Part shown: positions 25,350-38,674 of the stretch, in pieces
Layout of the letters: every line of letters starts with the position of its first letter
Position numbering within the stretch: position 1 is the stretch's first letter
NCBI GenBank assembly: GCA_964016885.1
Contig: OZ024761.1
Location: 14,818,001-14,882,000 of the forward strand
Direction of reading: 5' to 3'
Source: Eledone cirrhosa
Taxonomy: Eukaryota
Length of the DNA stretch: 64,000 nt
The notes under the pieces: generated by a model
The model's input: the letters and a program-made list of their open reading frames with translations, nothing else
What the model was told of the DNA's origin: nothing
Databases searched by the model: none
Translations under genes and position numbers: made by a program

Positions 25350-25420
25350 TATTTTATCTGATGAAAACACAAATATTATTGCATGATGATATTTGTTTTT
25401 GAAATGCGCATAATAAAATA
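25350..25420 (+). ncRNA. Type I hammerhead ribozyme candidate
   Basis: TATTTTAT-CTGATGA-AAAcACAAATAT(12 nt)ATATTTGTtTTT-GAAA-TGCGCA-TA-ATAAAATA; stem III is the perfect palindrome ATGCGCAT. Confidence 0.8.
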
Positions 25421-25608
25421 CATGGAACTCTTTTAACCATCTTTTGTTCTTATATATTATGTATACTCCAGTCCTACAAACTGTAGAGTGCTTCTTATCC
25501 GATATCTGCATTACTTTATTGTACTACAATAAAACTCACCTCCTACATTATATATATATATATATAATAGTAATAAACAAAAGATATATACTTTATATCA
25601 TCTCTATT

Positions 25609-25689
25609 TATTTTATCATATATATATTTCGAAGATGTAAAGTTTTTATGTATAACATAAAGCAAAACATGTCTTCCTCAGACAAAATA
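25609..25689 (-). ncRNA. Diverged hammerhead of the same family, probably inactive
   Basis: Minus strand TATTTTGT-CTGAGGA-(stem II)-GAAA-TATATATA-TG-ATAAAATA; cleavage dinucleotide is UG rather than UH. Confidence 0.5.
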
Positions 25690-26049
25690 CATAGGAGATG
25701 TATAATTTTTTCATGATATGCTGGTAGGCAAATGAGCTGGACAGACCGGTGACCACCAATCATATATATATACAAGTGGAAGCTTAGTAAAATTGAAGCT
25801 TTTTTAATGTCTCCAAAGCCCCAATATCGATTTTTGAAAGCCTTTGTAGATCATGTACAGGTTTTGTGCAAAGAGAAGCTCTGTAAAAAATTTCAAAGAA
25901 ATCGCGTGAATGGTTTAGAATATATGAGCCCTCATTAAAAATTGTCCACACACACACATATATGGGAAACTTCGTCTTTATATATAGACAGATACAGATA
26001 TATGTTCCCAGCCTGAGTAGCCACTTGACCACTTGGGGGATGGGTTTAT

Positions 26050-26240
26050 CATCTAATCACCTGGGCAGCCACCTAACTACTGGGCAGTCACCTAACTACC
26101 TGGGTAATCACTTCACCACCTGGGCAGTCACTTAACTACCTGGGCAGCCGCCTAATTATCTGGACAGTCACCTGTGTACCTGGGCTGCCACCTAACTACC
26201 GAGCAGTCACCTGACCACATGGGCAGCCACCTAACTACCT
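26050..26240. repeat. ~20-bp minisatellite (ACCTGGGCAGCCACCTAACT)
   Basis: About nine diverged units. Confidence 0.85.
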
Positions 26241-26241
26241 A

Positions 26242-27940
26242 TCTAATGTGTCCTGAATTTTATTTAGGTGTAGTGTATCTAGGACTACATTGTCTAATGT
26301 GACCTGTCATTTATTAAGGTATAGTGTATCTAGGACTACATTGTCTAATGTGACCTGTCATTTATTTAGGTGTAGTGTATCTTGGGCTACATTGTCTAAT
26401 GTGTCCTATCATTTATTTAGGTATAGTGTATCTAGGACTACATTGTCTGATGTGTCCTATCATTTATTTAGGTGTAGTGTATCTAGGACTACATTGTCTA
26501 ATGTGACCTGTCATTTATTTAGGTCTAGTGTATCTAGGACTACATTGTCTAATGTGTCCTATCATTTATTTAGGTGTAGTGTATCTAGGACTGCAATATC
26601 TAATGTGTCCTATCATTTATTTAGGTATAGTGTATCTAGGGCTGCAATATCTAATGTGTCTTGTCTTTTAAACAGGTATAGTGTATCTAGGACTACATTG
26701 TCTAATGTGTCCTATCATTTATTTAGGTATAGTGTATCTAGGACTACATTGTCTAATGTGACCTATCATTTATTAAGGTGTAGTGTATCTAGGACTACAT
26801 TGTCTAATGTGTCCTATCATTTATTTAGGTGTAGTGTATCTAGGACTACATTGTCTAATGTGTCCTATCATTTATTTAGGTGTAGTGTATCTAGGACTAC
26901 ATTGTCTAATGTGTCCTATCATTTATTTAGGTATAGTGTATCTAGGACTACATTGTCTAATGTGACCTATCATTTATTAAGGTATAGTGTATCTAGGACT
27001 ACATTGTCTAATGTGTCCTATCATTTATTTAGGTCTAGTGTATCTAGGACTACATTGTCTAATGTGTCCTATCATTTATTAAGGTATAGTGTATCTGGGA
27101 CTACATTGTCTAATGTGTCCTATCATTTATTTAGGTATAGTGTATCTAGGACTACATTGTCTGATGTGTCCTATCATTTATTAAGGTATAGTGTATCTAG
27201 GACTACATTGTCTAATGTGTCCTATCATTTATTAAGGTATAGTGTATCTAGGGCTACATTGTCTAATGTGTCCTATCATTTATTAAGGTATAGTGTATCT
27301 AGGACTACATTGTCTAATGTGTCCTATCATTTATTTAGGTGTAGTGTATCTAGGACTACATTGTCTAATGTGTCCTATCATTTATTTAGGTCTAGTGTAT
27401 CTAGGACTACATTGTCTAATGTGACCTATCATTTATTAAGGTGTAGTGTATCTAGGACTACATTGTCTAATGTGACCTGTCATTTATTTAGGTGTAGTGT
27501 ATCTAGGACTACATTGTCTAATGTGTCTTGTCTTTTAAACAGGTATAGTGTATCTAGGACTACATTGTCTAATGTGTCCTATCATTTATTTAGGTATAGT
27601 GTATCTAGGACTACATTGTCTAATGTGTTCTATCATTTATTTAGGTGTAGTGTATCTAGGACTACATTGTCTAATGTGACCTGTCATTTATTAAGGTGTA
27701 GTGTATCTAGGACTACATTGTCTAATGTGTCCTATCATTTATTTAGGTGTAGTGTATCTAGGACTACATTGTCTAATGTGTCCTATCATTTATTTAGGTG
27801 TAGTGTATCTAGGACTGCAATATCTAATGTGTCCTATCATTTATTTAGGTATAGTGTATCTAGGACTGCAATATCTAATGTGTCTTGTCTTTTAAACAGG
27901 TATAGTGTATCTAGGACTACATTGTCTGATGTGTCTTGTC
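26242..27940. repeat. 51-bp satellite, ~33 copies
   Basis: TGTCTAATGTGTCCTATCATTTATTTAGGTGTAGTGTATCTAGGACTACAT; the 17-codon period explains the 574-aa ORF. Confidence 0.97.
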
Positions 27941-28249
27941 TGGGTCCGGACCCTAGGCTGTCATCTAAGAAGAGTGTGTGCAGGGGGTGGTGGTTATTTG
28001 GCTGTTACTTGTAGCCGAAGGGAACACTTTGACTGACTGGAAGTGTCATTAGTTTCTGTCCATTTCCAAATGTCACTGACCGTTCTACAAATGTCTTTGA
28101 CCGTTCTACAGATGTCTTTGACCGATCCTAATCTCCTTCTAATGATGTCTATCACTTCACTTCATTTCTTCCTTATATTCCATGTTCTTTCTGCTCAAAT
28201 GTTGCTGCCTCCTCACCTTTATGCATGTTCTGTGTTGTTTGCCCTCATT

Positions 28250-29900
28250 GACTTTTCTTCTATGTATGTGTGTGTGTGTGTATATGTCTGTGTATATTTC
28301 TTCTATGTGTGTGTGTGTGTATATGTCTGTGTATATTTCTTCTATGTGTGTGTGTGTGTATATTTCTTCTATATATGTGCGTGTGTATATGTCTGTGTAT
28401 ATTTCTTCTATATATATATGTGTGTGTGTGTGTATATTTCTTCTATATACGTGTGTGTGTATATGTCTGTGTATATTTCTTCTATATATATGTGTGTGTG
28501 TGTGTATATTTCTTCTATATACGTGTGTGTGTATATTTCTTCTATATATATGTGTGTGTGTGTGTATATTTCTTCTATATACGTGTGTGTGTGTATATGT
28601 CTGTGTATATTTCTTCTATATATGTGTGTGTGTGTATATTTCTTCTATATACGTGTGTGTGAGTATATGTCTGTGTATATTTCTTCTATATATGTGTGTG
28701 TGTGTATATTTCTTCTATATACGTGTGTGTGTATATGTCTGTGTATATTTCTTCTATATATATGTGTGTGTGTGTGTATATTTCTTCTATATACGTGTGT
28801 GTGTATATTTCTTCTATATATATGTGTGTGTGTGTGTGTATATTTCTTCTATATACGTGTGTGTGTGTATATGTCTGTGTATATTTCTTCTATATATATG
28901 TGTGTGTGTGTGTATATTTCTTCTATATACGTGTGTGTGAGTATATGTCTGTGTATATTTCTTCTATATATGTGTGTGTGTGTATATTTCTTCTATATAC
29001 GTGTGTGTGTATATGTCTGTGTATATTTCTTCTATATATGTGTGTGTGTGTGTATATTTCTTCTATATACGTGTGTGTGTGTATATGTCTGTGTATATTT
29101 CTTCTATATATGTGTGTGTGTATATTTCTTCTATATATGTGCGTGTGTATATGTCGGTGTATTATATTTCTTCTATATCCGTGTGCCTGTATATGTCTGT
29201 GTATATTTCTTCTATATATCTGTGTGAGTATATGTCTGTGTATATTTCTTCTATATACGTGTGTGTGTATATGTCTGTATATTTCTTCTATATATGTGCG
29301 TGTGTGTATGTCGGTGTATTATATTTCTTCTATATACGTGTGCCTGTATATGTCTGTGTATATTTCTTCTATATACGTGTGCCTGTATATGTCTGTGTAT
29401 ATTTCTTCTATATATCTGTGTGAGTATATGTCTGTGTATATTTCTTCTATATCCGTGTGCCTGTATATGTCTGTGTATATTTCTTCTATATATGTGTGTG
29501 TGTGTGTATATGTCTGTGTATATTTCTTCTATATACGTGTGTGTGTGTATACATCTGTGTATATTTCTTCTATATACGTGTGTGTGTATACGTCTGTGTA
29601 TATTTCTTCTATATATGTGTGTGTGTGTGTATATGTCTGTGTATATTTCTTCTATATACGTGTGTGTGTGTATACATCTGTGTATATTTCTTCTATATAC
29701 GTGTGTGTGTATACGTCTGTGTATATTTCTTCTATATATGTGTGTGTGTATACATCTGTATATTTCTTCTATATACGTGTGTGTGTATACGTCTGTGTAT
29801 ATTTCTTCTATATATGTGTGTGTGTATACGTCTGTGTATATTTCTTCTATATATGTGTGTGTGTATACGTCTGTGTATATTTCTTCTATATACGTGTGCC
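28250..29900. repeat. Compound minisatellite (TATATTTCTTCTATATA + TG tracts)
   Basis: Repeated TTTCTTCTATAT anchor. Confidence 0.95.
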
Positions 29901-30014
29901 TTCTATATTTATGTGAAAAGTAAATGAAAAAACAACAGATGATGAGGTTCAATGTAGATATATATATTTATATTAGTTTCATGCTTAATATGGTAGGAAA
30001 AGTCTTAACCTATA

Positions 30015-30061
<47 letters not shown>

Positions 30062-30087
30062 TTATATATATGTATGCGTGTGTGTGA

Positions 30088-30160
<73 letters not shown>

Positions 30161-30289
30161 ACTCTTCTTTCCTTTACTTTTTCTATGGAAATACTTCACA
30201 CACAAATAAATATACATAAAACACTGTTGTCTCTGATCAAGATGAATTTACTTAGTTGTCTTATTACTTAGTTCTTTTATTATTCTTGT

Positions 30290-30329
<40 letters not shown>

Positions 30330-30334
<5 letters not shown>

Positions 30335-30559
30335 TCATCATCATCGTTTAACGTCCATTTTCCACGCTAGCATGGGTCTGGACGGGAATTGTCCCACTTG
30401 AAGCAAGATTGGTTATCTTGCTCAGGACTGTCTGGCGGGTTTTCTACGGCTGGATGCCCTTCCTAACACCAACCACGTTTACAGTGTGGACTGGGAGGTT
30501 TTTACCGTGTTACCTACACGTCCACATTTCAGTGTGGACTGTGTGTTTTTTTTATATAC

Positions 30560-30597
<38 letters not shown>

Positions 30598-30647
30598 TTT
30601 CATCATCATTTCGTTTTAAGTCCGCTTTTTTCCCTGCTTGCAAGGGT
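30330..30647 (-). mobile_element. A2-like element and SINE A tail fragment
   Basis: Homology to 21060-21280 and to the family A tail CCCTGCTTGCAAGGGTG. Confidence 0.7.
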
Positions 30648-30648
30648 G

Positions 30649-30743
<95 letters not shown>

Positions 30744-30986
30744 AGAATGATAACAGTACTCAGTAAATGAGATATATACATATATTCTTATACTGGCTTC
30801 AATCATTAGACTGTGGCCATGCTGGGGCGCCGCCTTGATTTAGTCGTTCACTGTTATTGTTGTTGATGTTGATGATGATGATGATGCTGTTGTTATCCTT
30901 CTATTCAGCTAATCACTGGAGGCCATTCTACCGCTGTCTGTCTGTATCTGTCTGTATGTCTGTATCTATCTGTCTGTCTGTATGTA

Positions 30987-31029
<43 letters not shown>

Positions 31030-31259
31030 TGGTTGGATTTACTTAAATTTGCAATCCCCAAAGCATTCAATTTTTACTTTACACTAAAATAGATTTAGTC
31101 AGTCATACATAGATAAACATACATGCTTATATCCACACACACACACTCATGTGTGTATGCACACTCGCACACAAAGATACATGTACATACATGCACACAC
31201 ACGTCTAACATATGGCAAACCCATGCCAGCATTGAAGTTGGGAGTAAGATGGAGGCTGA

Positions 31260-31732
31260 TGATATATATACACACACATATATGTACATACATACACCAC
31301 ATTCATACACACTCACACACACACATATATATATATATACACACAAACATACATGCCCCACACTCACACAAATATATATATATACACACATGTACATATA
31401 CCAACATACATACACCACATTCATACACACTCACACATACACACATATATATATATACACTCACACATACATATATATATACACACAAACATACATACCC
31501 CACACTCACACAAATATATACACACACACACACACACACTACATATACCAACATACATACACCACATTCATACATACCCCACACTCACACAAATATATAT
31601 ACACACACACACTACATATACCAACATACATACACCACATTCATATACATATATATATATATATATATACATACACCACACTCACACACATATATACAAA
31701 CATACGTACACCACACTCACACACAGACATAT

Positions 31733-31781
<49 letters not shown>

Positions 31782-31814
31782 CATACATACACCTCACTCA
31801 CACACAGACATATT

Positions 31815-31845
<31 letters not shown>

Positions 31846-31964
31846 CATATATACATACACCACACTCACACACATATACAAACATACGTACACCACACTC
31901 ACACACAGACATATTACACACACACATAGATACATACATACACCTCACTCACACATAGACATAT

Positions 31965-32021
<57 letters not shown>

Positions 32022-32060
32022 CATACACCACACTCACACACATATATACAAACATACATA
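31260..32060. repeat. Compound CA/TA minisatellite
   Basis: Recurrent CATACACCACACTCACAC. Confidence 0.9.
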
Positions 32061-33738
32061 CAGAAACACAATGATGTTGGCAATTTAGACTTATCTATTT
32101 AATAAATAGGATTTTAAATCTGTGTGGAAAACGTTTTTTTTTATAGATTAATTCATTTATTCTGTTAATTTTTCTATTATTTATCAGAAAAATGAATTCA
32201 TTTCAGGAGTAGAAATCCCTAGTGAGACATGAAATTGATAAGATATTTACAAAATTGGTTGTGGCACACATTTGTAGGGCTCGTGAGACTTGTTAGGCAC
32301 ATTTAACGAGGACACATATATAGTAGATACTTCAGGGATTGATTTATTGAAATTTTGGGGGTCTAAATCTTTTAACCCCTTTGATGCCAAACTGACTAAA
32401 GGCATCCATGGTTTTAAGATTCAAAACTATGTATATGTTTTAATCTTTAGCATGCTAGAATTTGTCACGAATTGCTTCCCTTGACACTGCTTATGTTTTA
32501 AGGAGATATTACTCTATTGTTTCAATTTGTCACCAACAGCACGTTAAAGGTTAAAGTTTGTGCGAGTCTGTATATATATATTGCCTTCCTATGGTTATCT
32601 ATGCACATTTGTGTTGCTTTCAATTGTAACAGTTTTCCTGTCCCATATCAGTACGCAGATATTTCTTGTTTTTTTTTTTTTTTGTCCAATATCTTGAATA
32701 GCTATCTGTGGATAGTATTGATGCACTGGTGGTTAATAGTACTGTATTATAAATACCTGAAACTATAATAATCCCCAGATGACAACTGATGAGCAGGAAT
32801 TGTCAATGTGCTTATCTCTTCCAAGTTTTCTGTTTCCTGATAGATATGTTTCTTTATTAGCCACAGGGGCACAAAAGAAGGGGACAAATACAAAGGGGGA
32901 AGTTTACATACAATAAAAACGGGTAAAATATTATCACAAATGCAATTGAAAAGTTAATCGATTTCCCCCAATAGAGAGAGACATTTCATATGGGTAACAC
33001 ATACCCCCGAAAAAATGTGCAACCCTCATCTCCAGCCAGGAGTACAAAGAGTTTGTACCCCTTTCCTCTCTTCCTCCTTTTTCCTCAACCTACAGGCTGA
33101 TATAGAGAGATAGATATACATACAGAGACATATACACAGATCCTTACATATAATTGAGAGAAGGTGGTCTATCTCAGGGTCTCCTGCTGTTGGTTTTTGC
33201 CCGTAAAATTTGTCCAGCGATTCTTTCTTGAGCCATTCTAACCGCCATGCCCATAATATCAGAGATGTGAGCTCTCAATTCGGAGAAGTGGCTCTTCCTC
33301 TCCTGGAGCAACTCACTGATCTCCAAGCTACGCACTAACATCCTGTTATGATGTAGTAGAAAAATATCTAAAAACAGGCTTGTTAATTCAGATGTTTAAA
33401 GTATCTTTATCAGTGACAAATCGGTGTGAACATTTGCAGTATTAGATTAAAGATTTACATTTTTAATGTGATGCAGCCATTCATCTTCCTGTTTTGTACT
33501 TGTCTTCAAAATGTCTTGCTAATGGGGTTTCATGTAGTACATTATGTTAAGGGATAATGTGCTAGCTGTCTTCTGCTAAGTCCACCCCTCTCTCTCTCTC
33601 TTTCTCTCTCTCTCTTTCTCTCTCTCTCTTTCTCTCTATATATATATCACTCTCTCTCTCTGTCTCTGTCACAACAGTGCTTCAGGTCGTTTTCTCTGTC
33701 ACTCTATATCTAACTCTTTCTGTGTCTTCTGTTACACT

Positions 33739-33769
<31 letters not shown>

Positions 33770-33775
<6 letters not shown>

Positions 33776-33833
33776 CATCATTTAAGGCTATCTTCCACAG
33801 TCTCTCTCTCTCTCTCTCTCTCTCCCCCCCCCC

Positions 33834-33875
<42 letters not shown>

Positions 33876-34140
33876 CATCATCGTCATTTAAGGCTATCTT
33901 CCAAGGTCTCTCTCTCTCCCTCTCTATATATATATATCATCATCATCATCGTCATTTAAGGCTATCTTCCAAGGTCTCTTTCTCTCCCTCTCCCTCTCTC
34001 TATATATATATATATCATCATCATCATCGTCGTTTAAGGCTATCTTCCAAGGTCTCTCTCTCTCTCTCCCTCTCTCTCTCTCTCTCTATATATATATATC
34101 ATCATCATCATCATTTAAGGCTATCTTCCACTGTCTCTCT
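33770..34140. repeat. Tandem of (CAT)n-TTTAAGGCTATCTTCCA + (CT)n/(TA)n units, five copies
   Basis: The anchor resembles the reverse of the A2 3' end (TGGAAGATAGACATTAAA-(TGA)n). Confidence 0.8.
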
Positions 34141-34364
34141 CTCTCTCTTTATACACACACAATCTCTTCCTGTCACACTCTTTGACTTTCTCTGTTAAGT
34201 TCTATTTATCTATCAGATATGTTGCTATGACAACATATAGCCTCTAGGGTTGATAATTAAATATTTATCAGCAAGCATGGGGATGGGAAGACAGCCATTC
34301 AGTTTTAGGTTTTTAGTTTATAAATCTTGACTGACCCTAAAATGTATTAGCAAAAGTATATTGT

Positions 34365-34990
34365 AGTGGTGGCATTGTTGTTGTTGCTAGTGATTGTTGG
34401 GGTGGTAGTAGTGGTGGTATTGTTGTTGTTGCTAGTGATTGTTGGGGTGGTAGTAGTGGTGGTATTGTTGTTGTTGCTAGTGATTGTTGGGGTGGTAGTA
34501 GTGGTGGCATTGTTGTTGTTGCTAGTGATTGTTGGGGTGGTAGTAGTGGTGGCATTGTTGTTGTTGCTAGTGATTGTTGGGGTGGTAGTAGTGGTGGCAT
34601 TGTTGTTGTTGCTAGTGATTGTTGGGGTGGTAGTAGTGGTGGTATTGTTGTTGTTGCTAGTGATTGTTGGGGTGGTAGTAGTGGTGGTATTGTTGTTGTT
34701 GCTAGTGATTGTGGTGGTGTTTGTGTGTTGTGGTGGTAGTAGTGGTGGTATTGTTGTTGTTGCTAGTGATTGTGGTGGTGTTTGTGTGTTGGGGTGGTAG
34801 TAGTGGTGGCATTGTTGGGGTGGTAGTAGTGGTGGCATTGTTGTTGTTGCTAGTGATTGTTGGGGTGGTAGTAGTGGTGGTATTGTTGTTGTTGCTAGTG
34901 ATTGTGGTGGTGTTTGTGTGTTGTGGTGGTAGTAGTGGTGGTATTGTTGTTGTTGCTAGTGATTGTGGTGGTGTTTGTGTGTTGGGGTGG
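34365..34990. repeat. 45-bp minisatellite
   Basis: GCTAGTGATT at 34386, 34431 and onward. Confidence 0.92.
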
Positions 34991-36300
34991 TAGTAGTGGT
35001 GGTATTGGTAGTGGTTATGATAATATTAGTGGATGTAGTGGTGGTGGTAGTAGTGGAGGTTCTTATGATGTTAGTGGATGTAGTAGTGGTGGTGGTAGTG
35101 GTAGTGGTATTGGTGGTGGTTATGATAATATTAGTGGATGTAGTGGTGGTGGTAGTAGTGGAGGTTCTTATGATGTTAGTGGATGTAGTAGTGGTGGTGG
35201 TAGTGGTATTGGTGGTGGTTATGATAATATTAGTGGATGTAGTGGTGGTGGTAGTAGTGGAGGCTCTTATGATGTTAGTGGATGTAGTAGTGGTGGTGGT
35301 AGTGGTAGTGGTATTGGTGGTGGTTATGATAATATTAGTGGATGTAGTGGTGGTGGTGGTGGTAGTGGAGGTTCTTATGATGTTAGTGGATGTAGTAGTG
35401 GTGGTGGTAGTGGTATTGGTGGTGGTTATGATAATATTAGTGGATGTAGTGGTGGTGGTGGTAGTAGTGGAGGTTCTTATGATGTTAGTGGATGTAGTAG
35501 TGGTGGTGGTAGTGGTATTGGTGGTGGTTATGATAATATTAGTGGATGTAGTGGTGGTGGTAGTAGTGGAGGTTCTTATGATGTTAGTGGATGTAGTAGT
35601 GGTGGTGGTAGTGGTATTGGTGGTGGTTATGATAATATTAGTGGATGTAGTGGTGGTGGTGGTAGTGGAGGTTCTTATGATGTTAGTGGATGTAGTAGTG
35701 GTGGTGGTAGTGGTATTGGTGGTGGTTATGATAATATTAGTGGATGTAGTGGTGGTGGTGGTAGTGGAGGTTCTTATGATGTTAGTGGATGTAGTAGTGG
35801 TGGTGGTAGTGGTGGTGGTTATGATAATATTAGTGGATGTAGTGGTGGTGGTGGTAGTGGAGGTTCTTATGATGTTAGTGGATGTAGTAGTGGTGGTGGT
35901 AGTGGTATTGGTGGTGGTTATGATAATATTAGTGGATGTAGTGGTGGTGGTGGTAGTGGAGGTTTTTATGATGTTAGTGGATGTAGTAGTGGTGGTGGTA
36001 GTGGTATTGGTGGTGGTGGATATGGTGTTAATGTTAGTGGATGTAGTAGTGGTGGTGGTAGTAGTATTGGTGGTGGTGGATATGGTGTTAATGTTAGTGG
36101 ATGTAGTGGTGTTGGTGCTAGTGGTAGTGGTATTGGTGGTAGTGGTGGTGCTAGTGGTAGTGGTATTGGTGGAGGTGGTGGATATGGTGTTAATGTTAGT
36201 GGATGTAGTAGTGTTGGTGGTAGTGGTATTGGTGGTGGTGGATATGGTGTTAATGTTAGTAGAGGTAGTAGTGTTGGTGCTAGTGGTGGTGCTGTTAGTG
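34990..36300. repeat. ~87-96-bp dimeric (GGT/AGT)-based minisatellite
   Basis: Alternating GGTTATGATAATATTAGTGGATGT and GGTTCTTATGATGTTAGTGGATGT subunits. Confidence 0.92.
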
Positions 36301-36644
36301 TAAATTGCTGGCTTTGTGCCTTTATCAGAAATCATAAAACTAGTGCTTGGAACATAACTTAACAGAGGTTTTTACATAAAAGTACGGTAGGTCTTTGGAT
36401 AGATTAATATAAAACAATTTGATGCTTTCAATAGTATATTTCTAATGAAAAACAATACTTGTGATTTACAAATAATTTTGAAAATAAAGAATTTGGAAGG
36501 ATTTAGTAAATATAAATTGATTTCTTGTTTCTCGCTGATATTTGGAACATAACTTAACAAAGTTATGTTCCAACTTGATAAGACTTACATAAAATTATGA
36601 CAGGATTTTAGATAAATATATATAATTTGATGCTTTCACTACAA

Positions 36645-36841
36645 TACAAGGCTCGTCTGGAAAGTTCATAGGCTGACCAAGATACTCTCATGGAATGACC
36701 AAATGAGGTTTATTTTTCAACATAGTCCCTGGAAAGAAACAATGCAGTTATTAAGAAGAGTTGAAATTAATGCACACAAGATTTCACAGCTCTAGCATCA
36801 CTCCTTCATAGTCAGACTATAAATTTTCAACCAGCGCTCAT
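36645..36841. mobile_element. Degenerate non-autonomous mariner-like element
   Basis: Imperfect inverted ends GAAAGTTCATAGGCTGAC / GTCAGACTATAAATTTTC. Confidence 0.4.
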
Positions 36842-37599
36842 TTTTTAATGAAACACACTACCTACAATTCTAATAAATATATTTAGCTTTTTTGTTATCA
36901 AGCTGATGTTTGGAGCATAACTTGACAAAGATTTTTACATAAAATTATACATGACTGAAATGAATATGTGAATATGTATGTTGGATCTTTGAGGGTACGT
37001 GTCTGAAGGGTTAGGTAGGGTGTTGGCTTCATGATGGTATGGTTGTGGGTTCAGTTTCTGCACCGGACAGCATGTTATTTTTGAGAGCAAGATGCTTCGT
37101 TACATTACTTTTGCTTCTATTTTTTGATGGCATAGAGGGAGAATCTCCTTAAAGTCTGTTGAAAGAACATTTCATTGATTTTAATTAGAAAAATTGTTTA
37201 ATTTCTATAGAAATAAGCCAATAGTAACTTTGCATTTTTTAATATTGTTATTATTGCCATTCTTTTTATAATTATTGTTGTTGTTGTTGTTGTTATGGAA
37301 TTCAGCTTCGTGTTCATTTTTTAATTGTTTTTTTTTTTCGGTATGTAATTAGCCTGTGGTCAAATGTTGATGTAATTAGCTCACGTTCTAATTTGTTGTT
37401 GTTGTTTTTTCTTTCTTTAAAGGAAAATTGCATTTATTTGTATTCAATAACTGCTGAATTAAACTTAATAATAATAATAATAATGTGATGATAATGATAG
37501 TTGTGATGATGGTGATGATGATGATGATGGTGGTTTCCTTTATTTAGGCTACTAAAAGCATTGTCATTCATACATACAATTACATGAAATGTTAAAAAA

Positions 37600-38200
37600 A
37601 CTAGTGTGGTGGTGGGATGGTAGTGGGGGGGGGGTTAGTGGTGGTGGTGGTGGTGGTGTTGGCTGTGGTAGTGGTGGTGTTGTAGGCAGTGGTAGCTGTG
37701 GCAGTGATGGCGGTCACATTGGTGGTGGTGGTGGGGTGGTAGTTTTGGTGGTGTTATTGGTAGTGGTGATGGTAGTTGTGGTGGTGTTATTGGTAGTGGT
37801 GGTGGTGGTGGTGGTGTTGGCTGTGGTAGCTGTAGCAGTGATGGCGGTCACAGTGGTGGTGGTGGTGGGGTTGTAGGCAGTGGTAGCTGTGGCAGTGATG
37901 GCGGTCACATTGGTGGTGGTGGTGGGGTGGTAGTTTTGGTGGTGTTATTGGTAGTGGTGGTGGTGGTGGTGTTGGCTGTGGTGGCAGTGATGGCGGTCAC
38001 AGTGGTGGTGGTAGTGGTGGTGGTGTTATTGGTAGTGGTGATGGTGGTGGTGGTAGTGTTGGCTGTGGTAGCTGTGGCAGTGATGGCGGTCACAGTGGTG
38101 GTGGTGGTAGTGGTGATGATTGTGTTGTCAGCAGTGGTAGTGGTGGTAGTTATTGTATTATTGTTGGCAGTGGTAGCTGTAGTGGTGATGGTGGTGGTTA
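37600..38200. repeat. (GGT)n-based compound repeat
   Basis: Repeated GGCAGTGATGGCGGTCACA anchors. Confidence 0.85.
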
Positions 38201-38674
38201 CAGAAAAAGGTGTGGAAATGAAAGGGTGTGGGATCAGGTGGTACATATTATGACACAAGGAAGACATTTGAATAATTTGTCTAAAAATAAGGACATATAT
38301 AGAATAATTATGGATACTACTATTACTACCACTACTAATAGTGTTTTTTTTTATTTTGGTACAAGCACAGCAATTTTGGGGAAGGGAAAGTCAATTAAAT
38401 CAACCCCAATGTATCACTGGTACTTTATTTTACTGACCCCGTATGGATGAAAGGCAAAGTTAACATCAGTGGGATTTGAATTAATTCTTAATGTAAAGCA
38501 GTCAAAGTGATGTTTGCTAATTCCAATGTTTATAGTATCTTTACTAAAGGACAGATTGTTGTAAACATTGACAATATTAAGTAAAGACTTTAATTCTTAA
38601 TGTGATTATAGTCACAGTGATGTTTGTACTTTTTAAGAATGTCTTGCTAGTGCAGTTTCATGTGGCTTGTTAAT

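Larger units (their letters stand above)
25174..25456. mobile_element. 283-bp near-perfect palindrome (138-bp arms, 7-nt loop), Penelope-like foldback
   Basis: Arms 25174-25311 / 25319-25456, one mismatch seen; adjacent to (TA)n. Confidence 0.9.

Noticed and set aside
26290-28014. 574-aa ORF (SVSRTTLSNVSYHLFR repeats)
   Set aside because: Exact read-through of a 51-bp satellite; TTG start, no unique domain.
32720-32810. CTGATGA at 32786 with a nearby GAAA
   Set aside because: Could not build three stems in the right order; at best a decayed relic.
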